From: Candidatus Binatia bacterium
GTDB lineage: Bacteria; Desulfobacterota; Binatia; HRBIN30
Assembly: GCA_050015455.1 (NCBI GenBank)
Contig: JBEKBJ010000002.1
Location: 1,091 to 65,090 of the forward strand
Direction: 5' to 3'
Length of the DNA stretch: 64,000 bases
The notes below the pieces were generated by a model. It was not told where the DNA came from and ran no database searches. It saw only the letters and a list, made by a program, of their open reading frames with translations. Both the position numbers and the translations under genes were made by a program. Below, piece by piece: positions 51,539 to 60,434 of this stretch (its first letter is position 1; each line of letters opens with the position of its first letter).

Positions 51539-52615
51539 ATGGCGGAAGTGTCCGAACCGCAGATCGATGGACCGAGCGTCGTCCTGGCTGAAGACAGCGA
51601 CGATCAGGCGTTGGTGATCACGCGGACGTTAGAGAAAGAGGGCTTCCGCGTGCGGCGAGAAGCATCGGCGCAAGGGCTTCTGAACAGCCTCAAGCGAGGT
51701 GCCGACGAGGTTGTCCTGCTCGATCTTGGCCTCCCCGACATGCACGGGCTGGAGGTGTTGCAGAAGATCGTTCGTTACAGCGGCGACATTCCGGTCATCG
51801 CCTTGACCGCTCTTGATGACATCAAGATTGTGGTGGGCGCGATTCGCATGGGGGCCTGGGACTACGTGGCCAAACGAGCCGACCGATCTCATCTCAAGGA
51901 GTTGCCGGATGTGATTCGGCGCAGCCAAGACCGGCGACGACTGCTGCAACACCAGAGTCTCGCCCTTCGCCGTCTGAATGACAATGTCCGCGAGCGGATA
52001 AGGGCGATTGAGAAGTGCGCCGATGAGTTGGCGGCAAGACACGTGACGGGGGGAGGGCAGCCTGTTGTCGGCGAAATTCGCGACAGCACATCCGGCATTC
52101 TGGCGTTGGTATCGGACTTCGTTGTGGCGCGAGCGACGGAAACGGGTGCCCTCTCGCTAAATCACCAGCGTCTATCGGTTGGCGCCGTGGTCGGGCGCGT
52201 GACGTCGCAGCAGAAGGCCACGATAACGGCCAAGAACATCACTCTCGACGTGCACACGGCCGATGGCCTCCCGGAAATCAATGCCGATCAGGGTCTCATG
52301 GAGCACGCTGTAACGAACCTGCTCCTCAATGCGACCAGTTCGACGCCAGCTGGGGGCACCGTGACCGTGTCACTCGAAGGCGATGCTGACAGGCTGGTCC
52401 TCAGCGTCGCGGATACCGGTAAAGGCATTACGGAATCCGAGCTTCAGTCGATCTTCGAGAAGTCCTGGCGGCTCCGGGCTGCCTCGCGGACAAGCGACCT
52501 CAGACTCTTCGTGACCAAGGCCATCGTCGAAGCGCACGGCGGAGAGATCTGCGTCGAAGGCGCGCCGGGCAGCGGTTCTACCTTCAAAGTCCGCCTGCCG
52601 TTGGGCACCAGCTAA
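51539..52615 (+). CDS. receiver-histidine kinase fusion (REC-HisKA-like-HATPase_c)
   Basis: N-terminal receiver (VVLAEDSDD, VLLDLGLPDMHG) and C-terminal HATPase_c (LLLNATSST, DTGKGI). Confidence 0.85.
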   Translation: MAEVSEPQIDGPSVVLAEDSDDQALVITRTLEKEGFRVRREASAQGLLNSLKRGADEVVLLDLGLPDMHGLEVLQKIVRYSGDIPVIALTALDDIKIVVGAIRMGAWDYVAKRADRSHLKELPDVIRRSQDRRRLLQHQSLALRRLNDNVRERIRAIEKCADELAARHVTGGGQPVVGEIRDSTSGILALVSDFVVARATETGALSLNHQRLSVGAVVGRVTSQQKATITAKNITLDVHTADGLPEINADQGLMEHAVTNLLLNATSSTPAGGTVTVSLEGDADRLVLSVADTGKGITESELQSIFEKSWRLRAASRTSDLRLFVTKAIVEAHGGEICVEGAPGSGSTFKVRLPLGTS

Positions 52616-52712
52616 AGACGCGTAGTGCGGCGCGCTGCGCGCGTGTCCCCCGGTGCGTTGACAAATTGCATGTCTGTGCATATAAGCATCAGAGTCGAGG
52701 TGGGAGCAGATC

Positions 52713-53060
52713 ATGGCGATCCCGAACCGCACAACCCGTGAGAAGGCCGCGCGCGAACTGACGGATCTCCTCGATTCCAAGCTGTTCAAGGCGCTGTGCG
52801 AGCTGGCGCGGGTCGAGATCGTGAGGTTCCTGACCGTGGAAGGGCGGTCGGATGTGAGCACGATCGCCAAGCATTTCCCGCAGCATGCCTCGGTGGTGTC
52901 GCGGCACCTCGCCGTCTTGCACGACGCCGGCGTCTTGCGGCGGCGTAAGGATGGCCGGCACGTCTATTTCGAGGTGGACGCCGCCTCGATGGTCGGCCGC
53001 ATGGACAAGATCCTCGGTCGGTTTCGCAGGATCGTCCCGCTCTGCTGTCCGCGGAAGTGA
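52713..53060 (+). CDS. arsR: ArsR/SmtB family metalloregulator
   Basis: 115 aa. Winged HTH (ALCELARVEIVRFL...VSTIAKHFPQHASVVSRHLAVLHDAGVL) and a C-terminal vicinal CC typical of As(III)-sensing ArsR. Confidence 0.85.
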   Translation: MAIPNRTTREKAARELTDLLDSKLFKALCELARVEIVRFLTVEGRSDVSTIAKHFPQHASVVSRHLAVLHDAGVLRRRKDGRHVYFEVDAASMVGRMDKILGRFRRIVPLCCPRK

Positions 53061-53122
53061 TCTCTTGTGCGGCAACAATTGCATATCTGTGCACGGATAC
53101 AATAAGGGAAAGGACGAACTTT

Positions 53123-53983
53123 ATGGAAGACGTGGATCGACGTGAGGATCCGGAGGCGACGCGCACCACGGTGCGCGAGCGATATGGCCGCGTCGCGGAA
53201 GGGTCGACGGGCTGCTGCGGTGCGCCCGACGGGCACGCGGAGCAGAGCCGGCGCCTCGGTTATACCGATGCCGAGATGGCGGCGGTGCCGCAGGGCGCCG
53301 ACCTCGGCCTTGGCTGCGGCAACCCGACGGCGCTGGCGTCGCTGCAGCCTGGGCAGACCGTGCTCGACCTTGGCTCGGGCGCCGGGTTCGATGCGTTCCT
53401 GGCGGCGCGAACGGTAGGCGCCGATGGGCACGTGATCGGCGTCGACATGACCCCGGCCATGATTGCCAAGGCGCAAGAGAACGCCCGCACGGCAGGTATC
53501 AGCAACACCGAGTTCCGGCTCGGGACGGTCGAGGAATTGCCGGTCGAGAGTGCGAGCATCGACGTCGTGATCTCCAACTGCGTGATCAACCTGTCGCCCG
53601 ACAAGCCGCGCGTGTTCCGCGAAGCCTTTCGCGTCCTCAAGCCCGGCGGCCGCTTGTTGGTCTCCGACATCGTGCTGCGCGCGCCGCTGCCGGAGCGCGT
53701 GCGGGCTAGCGTGGAGGCCTACGTCGGGTGCATTGCCGGCGCGGCCCTCATCGACGACTACCTGCAGGCGATCGGCGCTGCCGGCTTCACCGCCGTGCAG
53801 GTGATGAAGGAAACGGACGCCTCGGCACTGCTGTCCGCGGACTGTGCCTGCGTGTCCGACCCGCTCGTCGCCGACATCATTGCCGCGATCGGGGACGCCG
53901 AGGAGCTGCGCCATCTCGTCACCAGCGTCGTCAGCATTACCGTGAGCGCGCGCAAGCGTGACAGGCGTGGGTTGGCGGTCTGA
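53123..53983 (+). CDS. arsM: arsenite S-adenosylmethionine methyltransferase
   Basis: ATG MEDVD. The N-terminal CCG cysteine pair, the SAM motif VLDLGSGAGFD, NCVINL, and downstream Cys residues match the ArsM/AS3MT family. Directly downstream of arsR. Confidence 0.85.
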   Translation: MEDVDRREDPEATRTTVRERYGRVAEGSTGCCGAPDGHAEQSRRLGYTDAEMAAVPQGADLGLGCGNPTALASLQPGQTVLDLGSGAGFDAFLAARTVGADGHVIGVDMTPAMIAKAQENARTAGISNTEFRLGTVEELPVESASIDVVISNCVINLSPDKPRVFREAFRVLKPGGRLLVSDIVLRAPLPERVRASVEAYVGCIAGAALIDDYLQAIGAAGFTAVQVMKETDASALLSADCACVSDPLVADIIAAIGDAEELRHLVTSVVSITVSARKRDRRGLAV

Positions 53984-54008
53984 GTGTCGAAAGGGGGAGG
54001 CCATTGGC

Positions 54009-54686
54009 ATGCAGCAACCGGAAAGGCGAACGATCAAGTTCTCGGCGGAGGTGAAAGACATCGAGGTGCTCCTCGAGTATTCGCGACAGGTGGGCGCCGA
54101 AAGAGCTCTAGCGGTCAAGGTCGCGGACCTGACTTTCATGGAATCGAGGCGGCGCAAATGCGAAGTGCCCGCTTGCGCTTCGTACCTCACGAACCTGCAC
54201 TGTCCTCCGAAAGCCCCGGCCGCCAAAAGGATGGAATCGTGCCTTCCGGGCTCGTACGAGTACGGCATCCTCGCCGTCATGTACAGTCCGGAACAGGATG
54301 TGGTGTTTCCGAATCAAGTGCGTGGCGGCGGCAAGTGGTCGATCAAGACCAGCAAGCTGGTCGAACGCATCGAATCCCGTGCGCAGGCCCTGGGGTACTA
54401 CAAGGCGATGGGCTTCACCTGCGGCCCGTGCGCCTTGTGCGGCATGTGGACGGAACCGTGGGTCATGAAAGTGCTGGTGCAAGAGGACGCCCGCAAGTGC
54501 GCCGTGCTCGACGGCAAGATCTGCCTGTTGCATCGTCGTTCGCGACCGTCGCCCGAAGCCTGTGGCATCAATCTCATCGACTTCATTCGCGACGTAGGGC
54601 TCGCACCGAAGCACCTGGTCTTCCCGGAAGTGTCACCCGAGGCCGTCCCACGATGCCCGTGGTACGCTTTTGTCCTCGTTGCCTGA
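54009..54686 (+). CDS. Cys-rich putative metal-binding protein (DUF2284-like), paralogue 1
   Basis: ATG with a GGGGGAGG Shine-Dalgarno. Conserved Cys pattern KCEVPACASYLTNLHCPP ... GFTCGPCALCGMW. 225 aa. Confidence 0.5.
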   Translation: MQQPERRTIKFSAEVKDIEVLLEYSRQVGAERALAVKVADLTFMESRRRKCEVPACASYLTNLHCPPKAPAAKRMESCLPGSYEYGILAVMYSPEQDVVFPNQVRGGGKWSIKTSKLVERIESRAQALGYYKAMGFTCGPCALCGMWTEPWVMKVLVQEDARKCAVLDGKICLLHRRSRPSPEACGINLIDFIRDVGLAPKHLVFPEVSPEAVPRCPWYAFVLVA

Positions 54687-54725
54687 TCCGAACGTCAACC
54701 ACGGCACGAAAGGAGAATGCAGAGA

Positions 54726-55460
54726 ATGACAGAGCGGAGCCAGAGCCGCGTCACGCTGACCCCACGGCAGTTCGGAGCGGAAAGAACGGATCGGCCCGCG
54801 GTGAGTATCAAAGCCAAGGCCGACAGGGCAGATCTCGATAAGCTTGCGACGTTTGCAAAGGGTGTCGGCGCCATCGACGCGTTGGCCGCACCCACGAATG
54901 TGCTTGCCGTCAGCGAGGTTATGCGTCTGAAGTGCCAGATCCCAGCATGCTGGGGGTTCAACGCGAGTCCGTTTTGCCCACCGCGCAGCGCGACCGCGGA
55001 GGAGATGAAGGCCATTGTCGGGGAGTGTAACTGGACGCTGTTGCTAGCCATTCCTCGTCCGGCGGCGGCGACCGGCTCGGCAGCTGAGCTGTTTGAACAC
55101 TCGAACAGAGTGAAGGAGGTCGTGGGAAGAACGGAGGTCGAGGCGCAGTATGACGGCTTGCTCGATACCATGGGATTTGTCGGTGGCCCCTGCACGCTCT
55201 GCGGCATGTTTAGTGAGGAGTGGATCCAGGAAATGAAGAAAGGAGCGGACGTTCCGTACTGCCCATTAGTCCAACGGACGGCGCCCCTCTGTCTCCATGC
55301 TTATCACGGCAGGCCGGCCGCCCAAGCTGTGGGTTTCGACATGTACCTGACGGCGAAACGTGTCGGCTGGGAGAAGCACCTCTATCCGCCGGAACCGGTG
55401 GCCGATGGCCGCATGGACTGGCCGTGTTTGCCCGGCGTCTACCCCTTGCTCATCAAGTAG
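54726..55460 (+). CDS. Cys-rich putative metal-binding protein (DUF2284-like), paralogue 2
   Basis: Same Cys pattern (KCQIPACWGFNASPFCPP ... GFVGGPCTLCGMF). Start at the second ATG, which has a well-spaced AAAGGAG Shine-Dalgarno. Confidence 0.5.
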   Translation: MTERSQSRVTLTPRQFGAERTDRPAVSIKAKADRADLDKLATFAKGVGAIDALAAPTNVLAVSEVMRLKCQIPACWGFNASPFCPPRSATAEEMKAIVGECNWTLLLAIPRPAAATGSAAELFEHSNRVKEVVGRTEVEAQYDGLLDTMGFVGGPCTLCGMFSEEWIQEMKKGADVPYCPLVQRTAPLCLHAYHGRPAAQAVGFDMYLTAKRVGWEKHLYPPEPVADGRMDWPCLPGVYPLLIK

Positions 55461-55536
55461 CGACTCGATGCAGGCCGGTGGATTCTCAGTACGCACTCAG
55501 TCGGCGTAGCTTTCTGCGCATCAGCGGCCCTGCCAC

Positions 55537-55610
55537 CCTCACGGATTCTCATCCGAGCCATGGTTGGCGGCGTCTTCCTCTCGGGAGGGAATCCAGAAGT
55601 TTCTCTTCCC
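55537..55610 (+). pseudogene. degraded duplicate of the doxX 5' end
   Basis: About 70 nt ~93% identical to 44496-44570 (tccgagccatggttggcggcgtcttcctctcgg...tccagaagtt.ctcttcccc), with a 1-nt indel and no downstream ORF. Confidence 0.5.
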
Positions 55611-55830
55611 CGCTGCCCTGGGAGTAGGGTGACAAGAGGGTGACAAGAGGTTGACGTTGGCCGAAGGTTTGAGTACGTTCGGAATCACTGCGGCGGTGGG
55701 GTCCGCCCCTAACCATCCAGGCTGAGCGCGAAGCCAGCTCGGGTCAATGACCCCTACTCGGTGAAACGCGGGTGGGGGTTTTTCGTAAAGCCTCTACCCG
55801 GAAGGGTGTGAGGTTTTTTTGTTGGCGACG

Positions 55831-57612
55831 ATGGAACCAACCGCGGCGGAACCGGAGATCGCCACCTACGGTGCGCTCAAGCAGGCGTTTCAGGCAGCGG
55901 TTTCTCAGCTGACCGGGCTGCTGTCTCATGGCACCTGGAGCCCACTGGCGCAGCGACTCGCTCCAATCGCGGATAAGCTGGCCCGCAACCGCTTCCATCT
56001 CGCTGTCCTCGGGCAGTTCAAGCGCGGCAAGACGACCTTCATCAACGCCCTGCTCGGTGCCGACATCCTGCCCACCGGCATCGTACCGCTCACCTCGATC
56101 GTCACGCTGATCGAGTACGGCAGCGAGCCGGGAGCGACGGTGCATTTCCGTAACCACCGCACGCAAGTCATCGCACTCGACGAGGTGGCCGCTTACGTCA
56201 CTGAGCGCGACAATCCGCAGAACAAGAAGAACGTCGCCCGTGTCGAAGCGACCTATCCGGCTGCGATCCTGCGCGACGGCGTCATCCTCATCGACACCCC
56301 GGGCATCGGCTCCACCTACGAGCACAACACCGACGTCGCGTATCAGTTCCTGCCGCAAGTGGACGCCGCCATCTTCGTGGCCTCGGTCGATCCGCCGCTC
56401 AGCCAGGCGGAGAAGGATTTCTTGATCGCCATTCGTGAATACGCGGCCAAGCTGTTCTTCGTCCTCAACAAGATCGACTACGTCAGCGAGACGGAGCGAC
56501 GCGAGTTGCTGGATTTCCTGCACACCGTGCTGGCAACCGAGCTGGGCATCGTCGAGCCGAAGATTTTTCCGCTCTCGGCGAAGCGCGCGCTGGCCGCGGC
56601 GCTGCATGGGGGAGAGGATGGTGGCCTGCCAGCGTTTCGCGCCACGCTCGACCACTTTCTGCTGCACGAGAAAGGGAGCGTGGCACTCACCGCCGCAACG
56701 GGGTCGGCCCTGCGGCTGGCAGGGGAAGCGCGCTTCCTGCTCGAGGTTGAACAGCGGGCGTTGGCGACACCGCTCGAAGAGCTGGAGGAGAAGCTCGCCG
56801 AGTTCGACCGCTTGCGGACACGGGCCGAGCAAGACCACCGCGACTTCCAGCACCTGCTGAAAGCGGAAGCGCAACAGTTGATGAGTATACTCGATGAAGA
56901 ACTGCCGGCGCTCAAAACGGAACAGGTTCCCGTGCTCGAAGCGGCGCTGCGCGCCTTTGCCGACAGCCATGCAGAGCTCAAAGGACGCCATCTCGGGTAC
57001 GCCTTGCAGGACGAGCTGAAGCGGGTGTTGATCGATCATTTCGAGGGCTGGCGGCGTGCCAAGGAGCAGCGGCTCGATGCGGATTTCCGCGCTCTGTCCG
57101 GCCGCTTCGTGGAAGCGGCGAACCAGATCATTGCGCGCGTGGTGGAATTGTCGGCGGCGCTGTTCAATTTGCCGCCGGTGCCGCTGGCGAGCGTCGAGGG
57201 GCTCAGCACGGAGAGCCAGCTGTACTACATGGTGGGCGAGGACCCGGTGCTGCTCAGCATCGAGCCGATCTACTTTTCGACCTTGCTGCCCGGGCGCTTC
57301 ACGCGCCGCTTCGTCGTCGGCGACGCGCTCAAGCACGTGCCGATCGAGGCGGAGCGGAACTGTGGCCGGTTACGCTACGACTTCCTGACGCGCATCGAAC
57401 AGAGCGTGAACCGCTTCGCGCAACAATTGGCGGAGCGTATCCACCTCACCGTGGGCAGCATCCGCCGCGCCATCGAGGCCGGAACCGTCGAACGCGCACA
57501 CAGCGGAGAGCAGGCGGCGGCAAGGCAAGCGGCAATCGACGGGCAGTTGGCGACGCTGGTCGCCGTGGACGCACGCCTGGATGCGATCCGCACGCAGGCG
57601 GCAACCTTGTGA
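55831..57612 (+). CDS. bacterial dynamin-like GTPase
   Basis: P-loop GQFKRGKTTFINALLG, switch-region T, DTPG, and NKID motifs, followed by a long helical stalk. The ORF-track start at 55819 is TTG; first ATG at 55831. Confidence 0.8.
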   Translation: MEPTAAEPEIATYGALKQAFQAAVSQLTGLLSHGTWSPLAQRLAPIADKLARNRFHLAVLGQFKRGKTTFINALLGADILPTGIVPLTSIVTLIEYGSEPGATVHFRNHRTQVIALDEVAAYVTERDNPQNKKNVARVEATYPAAILRDGVILIDTPGIGSTYEHNTDVAYQFLPQVDAAIFVASVDPPLSQAEKDFLIAIREYAAKLFFVLNKIDYVSETERRELLDFLHTVLATELGIVEPKIFPLSAKRALAAALHGGEDGGLPAFRATLDHFLLHEKGSVALTAATGSALRLAGEARFLLEVEQRALATPLEELEEKLAEFDRLRTRAEQDHRDFQHLLKAEAQQLMSILDEELPALKTEQVPVLEAALRAFADSHAELKGRHLGYALQDELKRVLIDHFEGWRRAKEQRLDADFRALSGRFVEAANQIIARVVELSAALFNLPPVPLASVEGLSTESQLYYMVGEDPVLLSIEPIYFSTLLPGRFTRRFVVGDALKHVPIEAERNCGRLRYDFLTRIEQSVNRFAQQLAERIHLTVGSIRRAIEAGTVERAHSGEQAAARQAAIDGQLATLVAVDARLDAIRTQAATL

Positions 57613-58015
57613 GGGAGATGCAAATGAGCAAGCTGGAGAGTTGCCCTCCAGGGCCATCGTGGGGCTTCCGTGGGCGCAGGTTTCGGTCACCGCCGGGCTC
57701 GTCTACGCTGCCGTCCTGAGCTTGGCCGGCGCCGTTTTGATCCCACGGGTGCGTGCCCCGCTCCTGTCGCCGCCCGAGCGTCCGCTCGATTGCCAGCAGC
57801 GCGTTCATAAGTTGCCGCGGCATTAGATCCCTTTCCGCTTCGACCGCGCAATTCAGAAACCAGCCCCTCCCGCGGACGTCCACTGGCCCCGTTTCGTAGA
57901 GCGACGATTGCCGGGTCACGCGGACGCCATGCGCTCCGAGCGCTTCAATGGCCCGCGCGATATTCTGCGCGCGGGCTCCCAGGTTCGATCCCAACGATAG
58001 ATACACAGTCTTCAT
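57446..58015 (-). CDS. folK: 2-amino-4-hydroxy-6-hydroxymethyldihydropteridine pyrophosphokinase (HPPK), C-terminus divergent/possibly truncated
   Basis: The N-terminal 95 aa match HPPK (VYLSLGSNLG, ETGPV, LNCAVEAE, LLAIERTLGR). After that the WGPRTLDLDIL / LPHP motifs are absent, and the ORF runs ~165 nt antisense into the dynamin gene. Confidence 0.5.
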   Translation of the reverse strand: MKTVYLSLGSNLGARAQNIARAIEALGAHGVRVTRQSSLYETGPVDVRGRGWFLNCAVEAERDLMPRQLMNALLAIERTLGRRQERGTHPWDQNGAGQAQDGSVDEPGGDRNLRPRKPHDGPGGQLSSLLICISLTRLPPACGSHPGVRPRRPASPTARRLPLALPPPALRCVRVRRFRPRWRGGCCPR

Positions 58016-58105
58016 CGAGGAGCGAACATTTTAGTATTGCGCGTGCCCGCCAGTTGACAGTCAGCACCCGAGGGGCGAAGGATTCGCGACATCCGGGAGG
58101 CGCCA

Positions 58106-58597
58106 ATGGCAGACCCAAAGAAACTGACGTGGCTGCGCGTAGATCAGCGAGAGTTGATACATGCTCTTCGAACCACGGTCGCAGCGGTGGCTTCCTTGCT
58201 GATTGCCCGCTGGTGCCGGTTGCCGGAGTCATACTGGGCCGCCATTGCAACCATGATCGTCATGCAATCAACGCTTGGCGCGGCATGGACCGTCTCGAAA
58301 GATCGCTTGGCTGGAACTGCGCTAGGCGCCGCTGCGGGAGGGTTGCTGGCAACCTATGCGGCGCAAAACGTAGCCGTGTTTGGCGCCGGGCTGTTGGCGT
58401 TGGGAGTGCTGTGCGCCATCCTGCGCATCGAGCGAAGCGCGTATCGCTATGCGGGAATCACGTTGGTCATTGTCATGCTGGTTGCGCGCGCTCAGCCCGC
58501 CTGGATCATCGCCATTCACCGCTTCATCGAAATCTCGGTTGGAATCGCGGTCGGATTGATTGTCACCGCGCTCTGGCCCGAATACCGCTCTCAGTGA
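58106..58597 (+). CDS. FUSC-like / aromatic-acid-exporter-family small membrane protein
   Basis: 163 aa, 4-5 TM, similar in pattern to the FUSC_2 inner-membrane domain. Confidence 0.45.
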   Translation: MADPKKLTWLRVDQRELIHALRTTVAAVASLLIARWCRLPESYWAAIATMIVMQSTLGAAWTVSKDRLAGTALGAAAGGLLATYAAQNVAVFGAGLLALGVLCAILRIERSAYRYAGITLVIVMLVARAQPAWIIAIHRFIEISVGIAVGLIVTALWPEYRSQ

Positions 58598-58790
58598 GTA
58601 TTGCCCAGCGGTTGAAACCGCGGCTACAAAGCACCAAGCATGTCCTGAGCCTGTCGAAGGGCCCACCGGAGCTTGCCCTGAGCATCTCCTGCGTGGCGCA
58701 CCGTTGGCGTTTCGGCAGGCGTCAAGGGTCCAAGTCCCATCGCGTCCTGACGGTTGCCTTTGTATATACGATAGCATACGCTGCCCACTA

Positions 58791-59072
58791 GTGAGATTTA
58801 CGTGGGACGAGAGCAAGAACACCGCCAACTTCCGCGAGCACGGAGCCTGGTTCGAAGAAGCTCAGACCGTGTGGACAGATCCGCTGGCCGCCGAGTTCTT
58901 TGATCCCGAGCACAGCGCGGAGGAGGAGCGCTTCATTCGCGTCGGGTATTCTCGGAAGGAGCGGCTCCTGCTTGTCGTCTTTTGCGAAAGAGAAGACGGG
59001 AGCACGGTTCGCATCATCTCTGCGAGAAAGGCAACCGCCAAGGAGAGCAAGGCTCATGAAGAAGGAGTATGA
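58791..59072 (+). CDS. brnT: BrnT family type II toxin (DUF497)
   Basis: GTG start. FTWDESKNTANFREHGAWFEEAQTVWTDPLA...HSAEEERFIRVGYS...LLLVVFCER...VRIISARKATAKE is the BrnT signature. Confidence 0.75.
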   Translation: MRFTWDESKNTANFREHGAWFEEAQTVWTDPLAAEFFDPEHSAEEERFIRVGYSRKERLLLVVFCEREDGSTVRIISARKATAKESKAHEEGV

Positions 59073-59307
59073 TCTCAAGAAGCTCACGAAACGACCGGGG
59101 AGAGTCAAGACGCATCCCAGCGCCGCGAAGGTTCCGGTAAGCATTCGTCTCGATGGCGTGGTGCTTGCTGAGCTTCGCAACGAAGCGCACCGGCTAGGAA
59201 TCGCCTATCAAACACTCGTGGGGAGCATTCTGCACCGCTTCGTCCACGGACAGCTGGTCGACCCGAAATCCGTCAACCTGAACGACCTTCTCAAGCGGGC
59301 TTCGTAG
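59056..59307 (+). CDS. brnA: BrnA antitoxin (CopG/RHH-like)
   Basis: ATG overlaps the brnT 3' end by 17 nt. 83 aa (KVPVSIRLDGVVLAELRNEAHRLGIAYQTLVGSILHRFVHG). Confidence 0.7.
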   Translation: MKKEYDLKKLTKRPGRVKTHPSAAKVPVSIRLDGVVLAELRNEAHRLGIAYQTLVGSILHRFVHGQLVDPKSVNLNDLLKRAS

Positions 59308-59448
59308 CGGCACAGCGGCAACAGGGGCGGCGGCACGGCAAGTATTGCCCAGCGGTTTTCAACCGCCGGGCTACCGCTCTTGCCAACCCTGCAATCGCGA
59401 TTGCTCTGTGGTAAGAACATGTCGACGCGAGCATCGAGAGGAGCAGAC

Positions 59449-59679
59449 ATGTCGCACGTGGTCGCTATCGAGTTGGAAATGCCGGACGACCTGGCCCGCT
59501 TTCGCTTGCCGCTCGCTGTGAACCAGCGTCTCCAGGAGCTACTCGACCGCCAGGATCGCGGTGATCGGCTGACGGCTGCGGAGCGCAAGGAAGCCGAAGG
59601 CCTCGTGAATCTGGCGGAGTTGCTGTCGCTCCTGCAGCTGCGCGCCGCACGAGTGAGGAAGCCGGCAAGGAAGTTGTGA
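59449..59679 (+). CDS. hypothetical small protein (antitoxin-like), translationally coupled to the HNH nuclease
   Basis: 76 aa with a strong GAGAGGAG Shine-Dalgarno. The stop overlaps the downstream ATG (ATGA). Confidence 0.4.
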   Translation: MSHVVAIELEMPDDLARFRLPLAVNQRLQELLDRQDRGDRLTAAERKEAEGLVNLAELLSLLQLRAARVRKPARKL

Positions 59680-60098
59680 GCGAGGTTCCCGCCCCACGGC
59701 GCCGCTTGGTGCGGCGCCGTGCCCAGAGTCGGTGCGAGTACTGCAGGCTGTCGCAGGAGGGCCAGGAAGCCACGTTTCATATCGATCACATCGCTCCCAG
59801 GCACACCGGCGGCCCGACGCGGGCCGATAATCTCGCGCTGGCCTGTGTGTCGTGTTCTCTGCGGAAACAGGCCCGGCGGTCGGCTGTTGATCCCGCGACC
59901 AGGCGAATCGTCCCACTGTTTCATCCTCGCCGCCAACGCTGGGCAGACCACTTATGCTGGGAGGGCGTCCGGGTCGCTGGTTTGACGGCCACCGGCCGGG
60001 CTACCGTAGCCGCGTTGCGCATGAACCATCCTTTGATCCTTGCCATTCGACAAGAAGAGGCCTTGCGCGGCCGCCATCCGCTTGCGGGAAGGTGCTGA
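59676..60098 (+). CDS. HNH endonuclease
   Basis: CEYC...HIDHIAP...GG...NLALACVSCS is the HNH (His-Me finger) zinc/catalytic motif. 140 aa. Confidence 0.75.
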   Translation: MSEVPAPRRRLVRRRAQSRCEYCRLSQEGQEATFHIDHIAPRHTGGPTRADNLALACVSCSLRKQARRSAVDPATRRIVPLFHPRRQRWADHLCWEGVRVAGLTATGRATVAALRMNHPLILAIRQEEALRGRHPLAGRC

Positions 60099-60434
60099 GC
60101 ATCGCAAGGCGACTCACCTGTGGATTCCCTGTAAGCGCAGGCTATAGCTTGCGCGGCTAGCAGCTGCACAAGGCGTGGGGTTGGAATACAGATGTAGTAC
60201 TATGGGCACGCCTGGTGATTCCACACGTCAGCATTTGGCAACATCCGACACGACGATTCAGGCAGGGCCGGCATTCGCGGGCACTGCTTGGCGCCATTGC
60301 GGTCGCGCCCGGAGTATCAGAGGAACAGCGCCGTGCAGTGGAACTGGTGCGGCTGGACGAACGCATTCGGGCCATCGGACTTGGCGAACCCACGCAGCTA
60401 GAATCGAGGAGGAGATGAACACCATTGCGCGCGT

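Noticed and set aside
55620-55650. Direct repeat GGGTGACAAGAG x2 upstream of the dynamin gene
   Set aside because: Only two 12-nt copies. Could be chance or a minor operator. Insufficient evidence to call a regulatory site.
57961-57995. GGTTCGATCCC, a tRNA T-loop-like string
   Set aside because: It lies inside the folK coding region (encoding the SNLG motif on the other strand). No matching T-stem, acceptor stem or anticodon arm can be folded. No tRNA found anywhere in the window.
58560-58790. ORF-track 5' extension of brnT (starts at 58560) and other long 5' extensions (40635-41087 TTG, 8695-9717, 11521-11760)
   Set aside because: The extensions overlap neighbouring genes or lack protein-like composition. 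Conserved family N-termini and Shine-Dalgarno sequences support the downstream starts used in the feature table.
60215-60418. Plus-strand ORF with '...EEQRRAVELVRLDERIRAIG...' suspected as an IS transposase fragment
   Set aside because: Too short and without a recognisable DDE or HTH signature. No terminal inverted repeats nearby.
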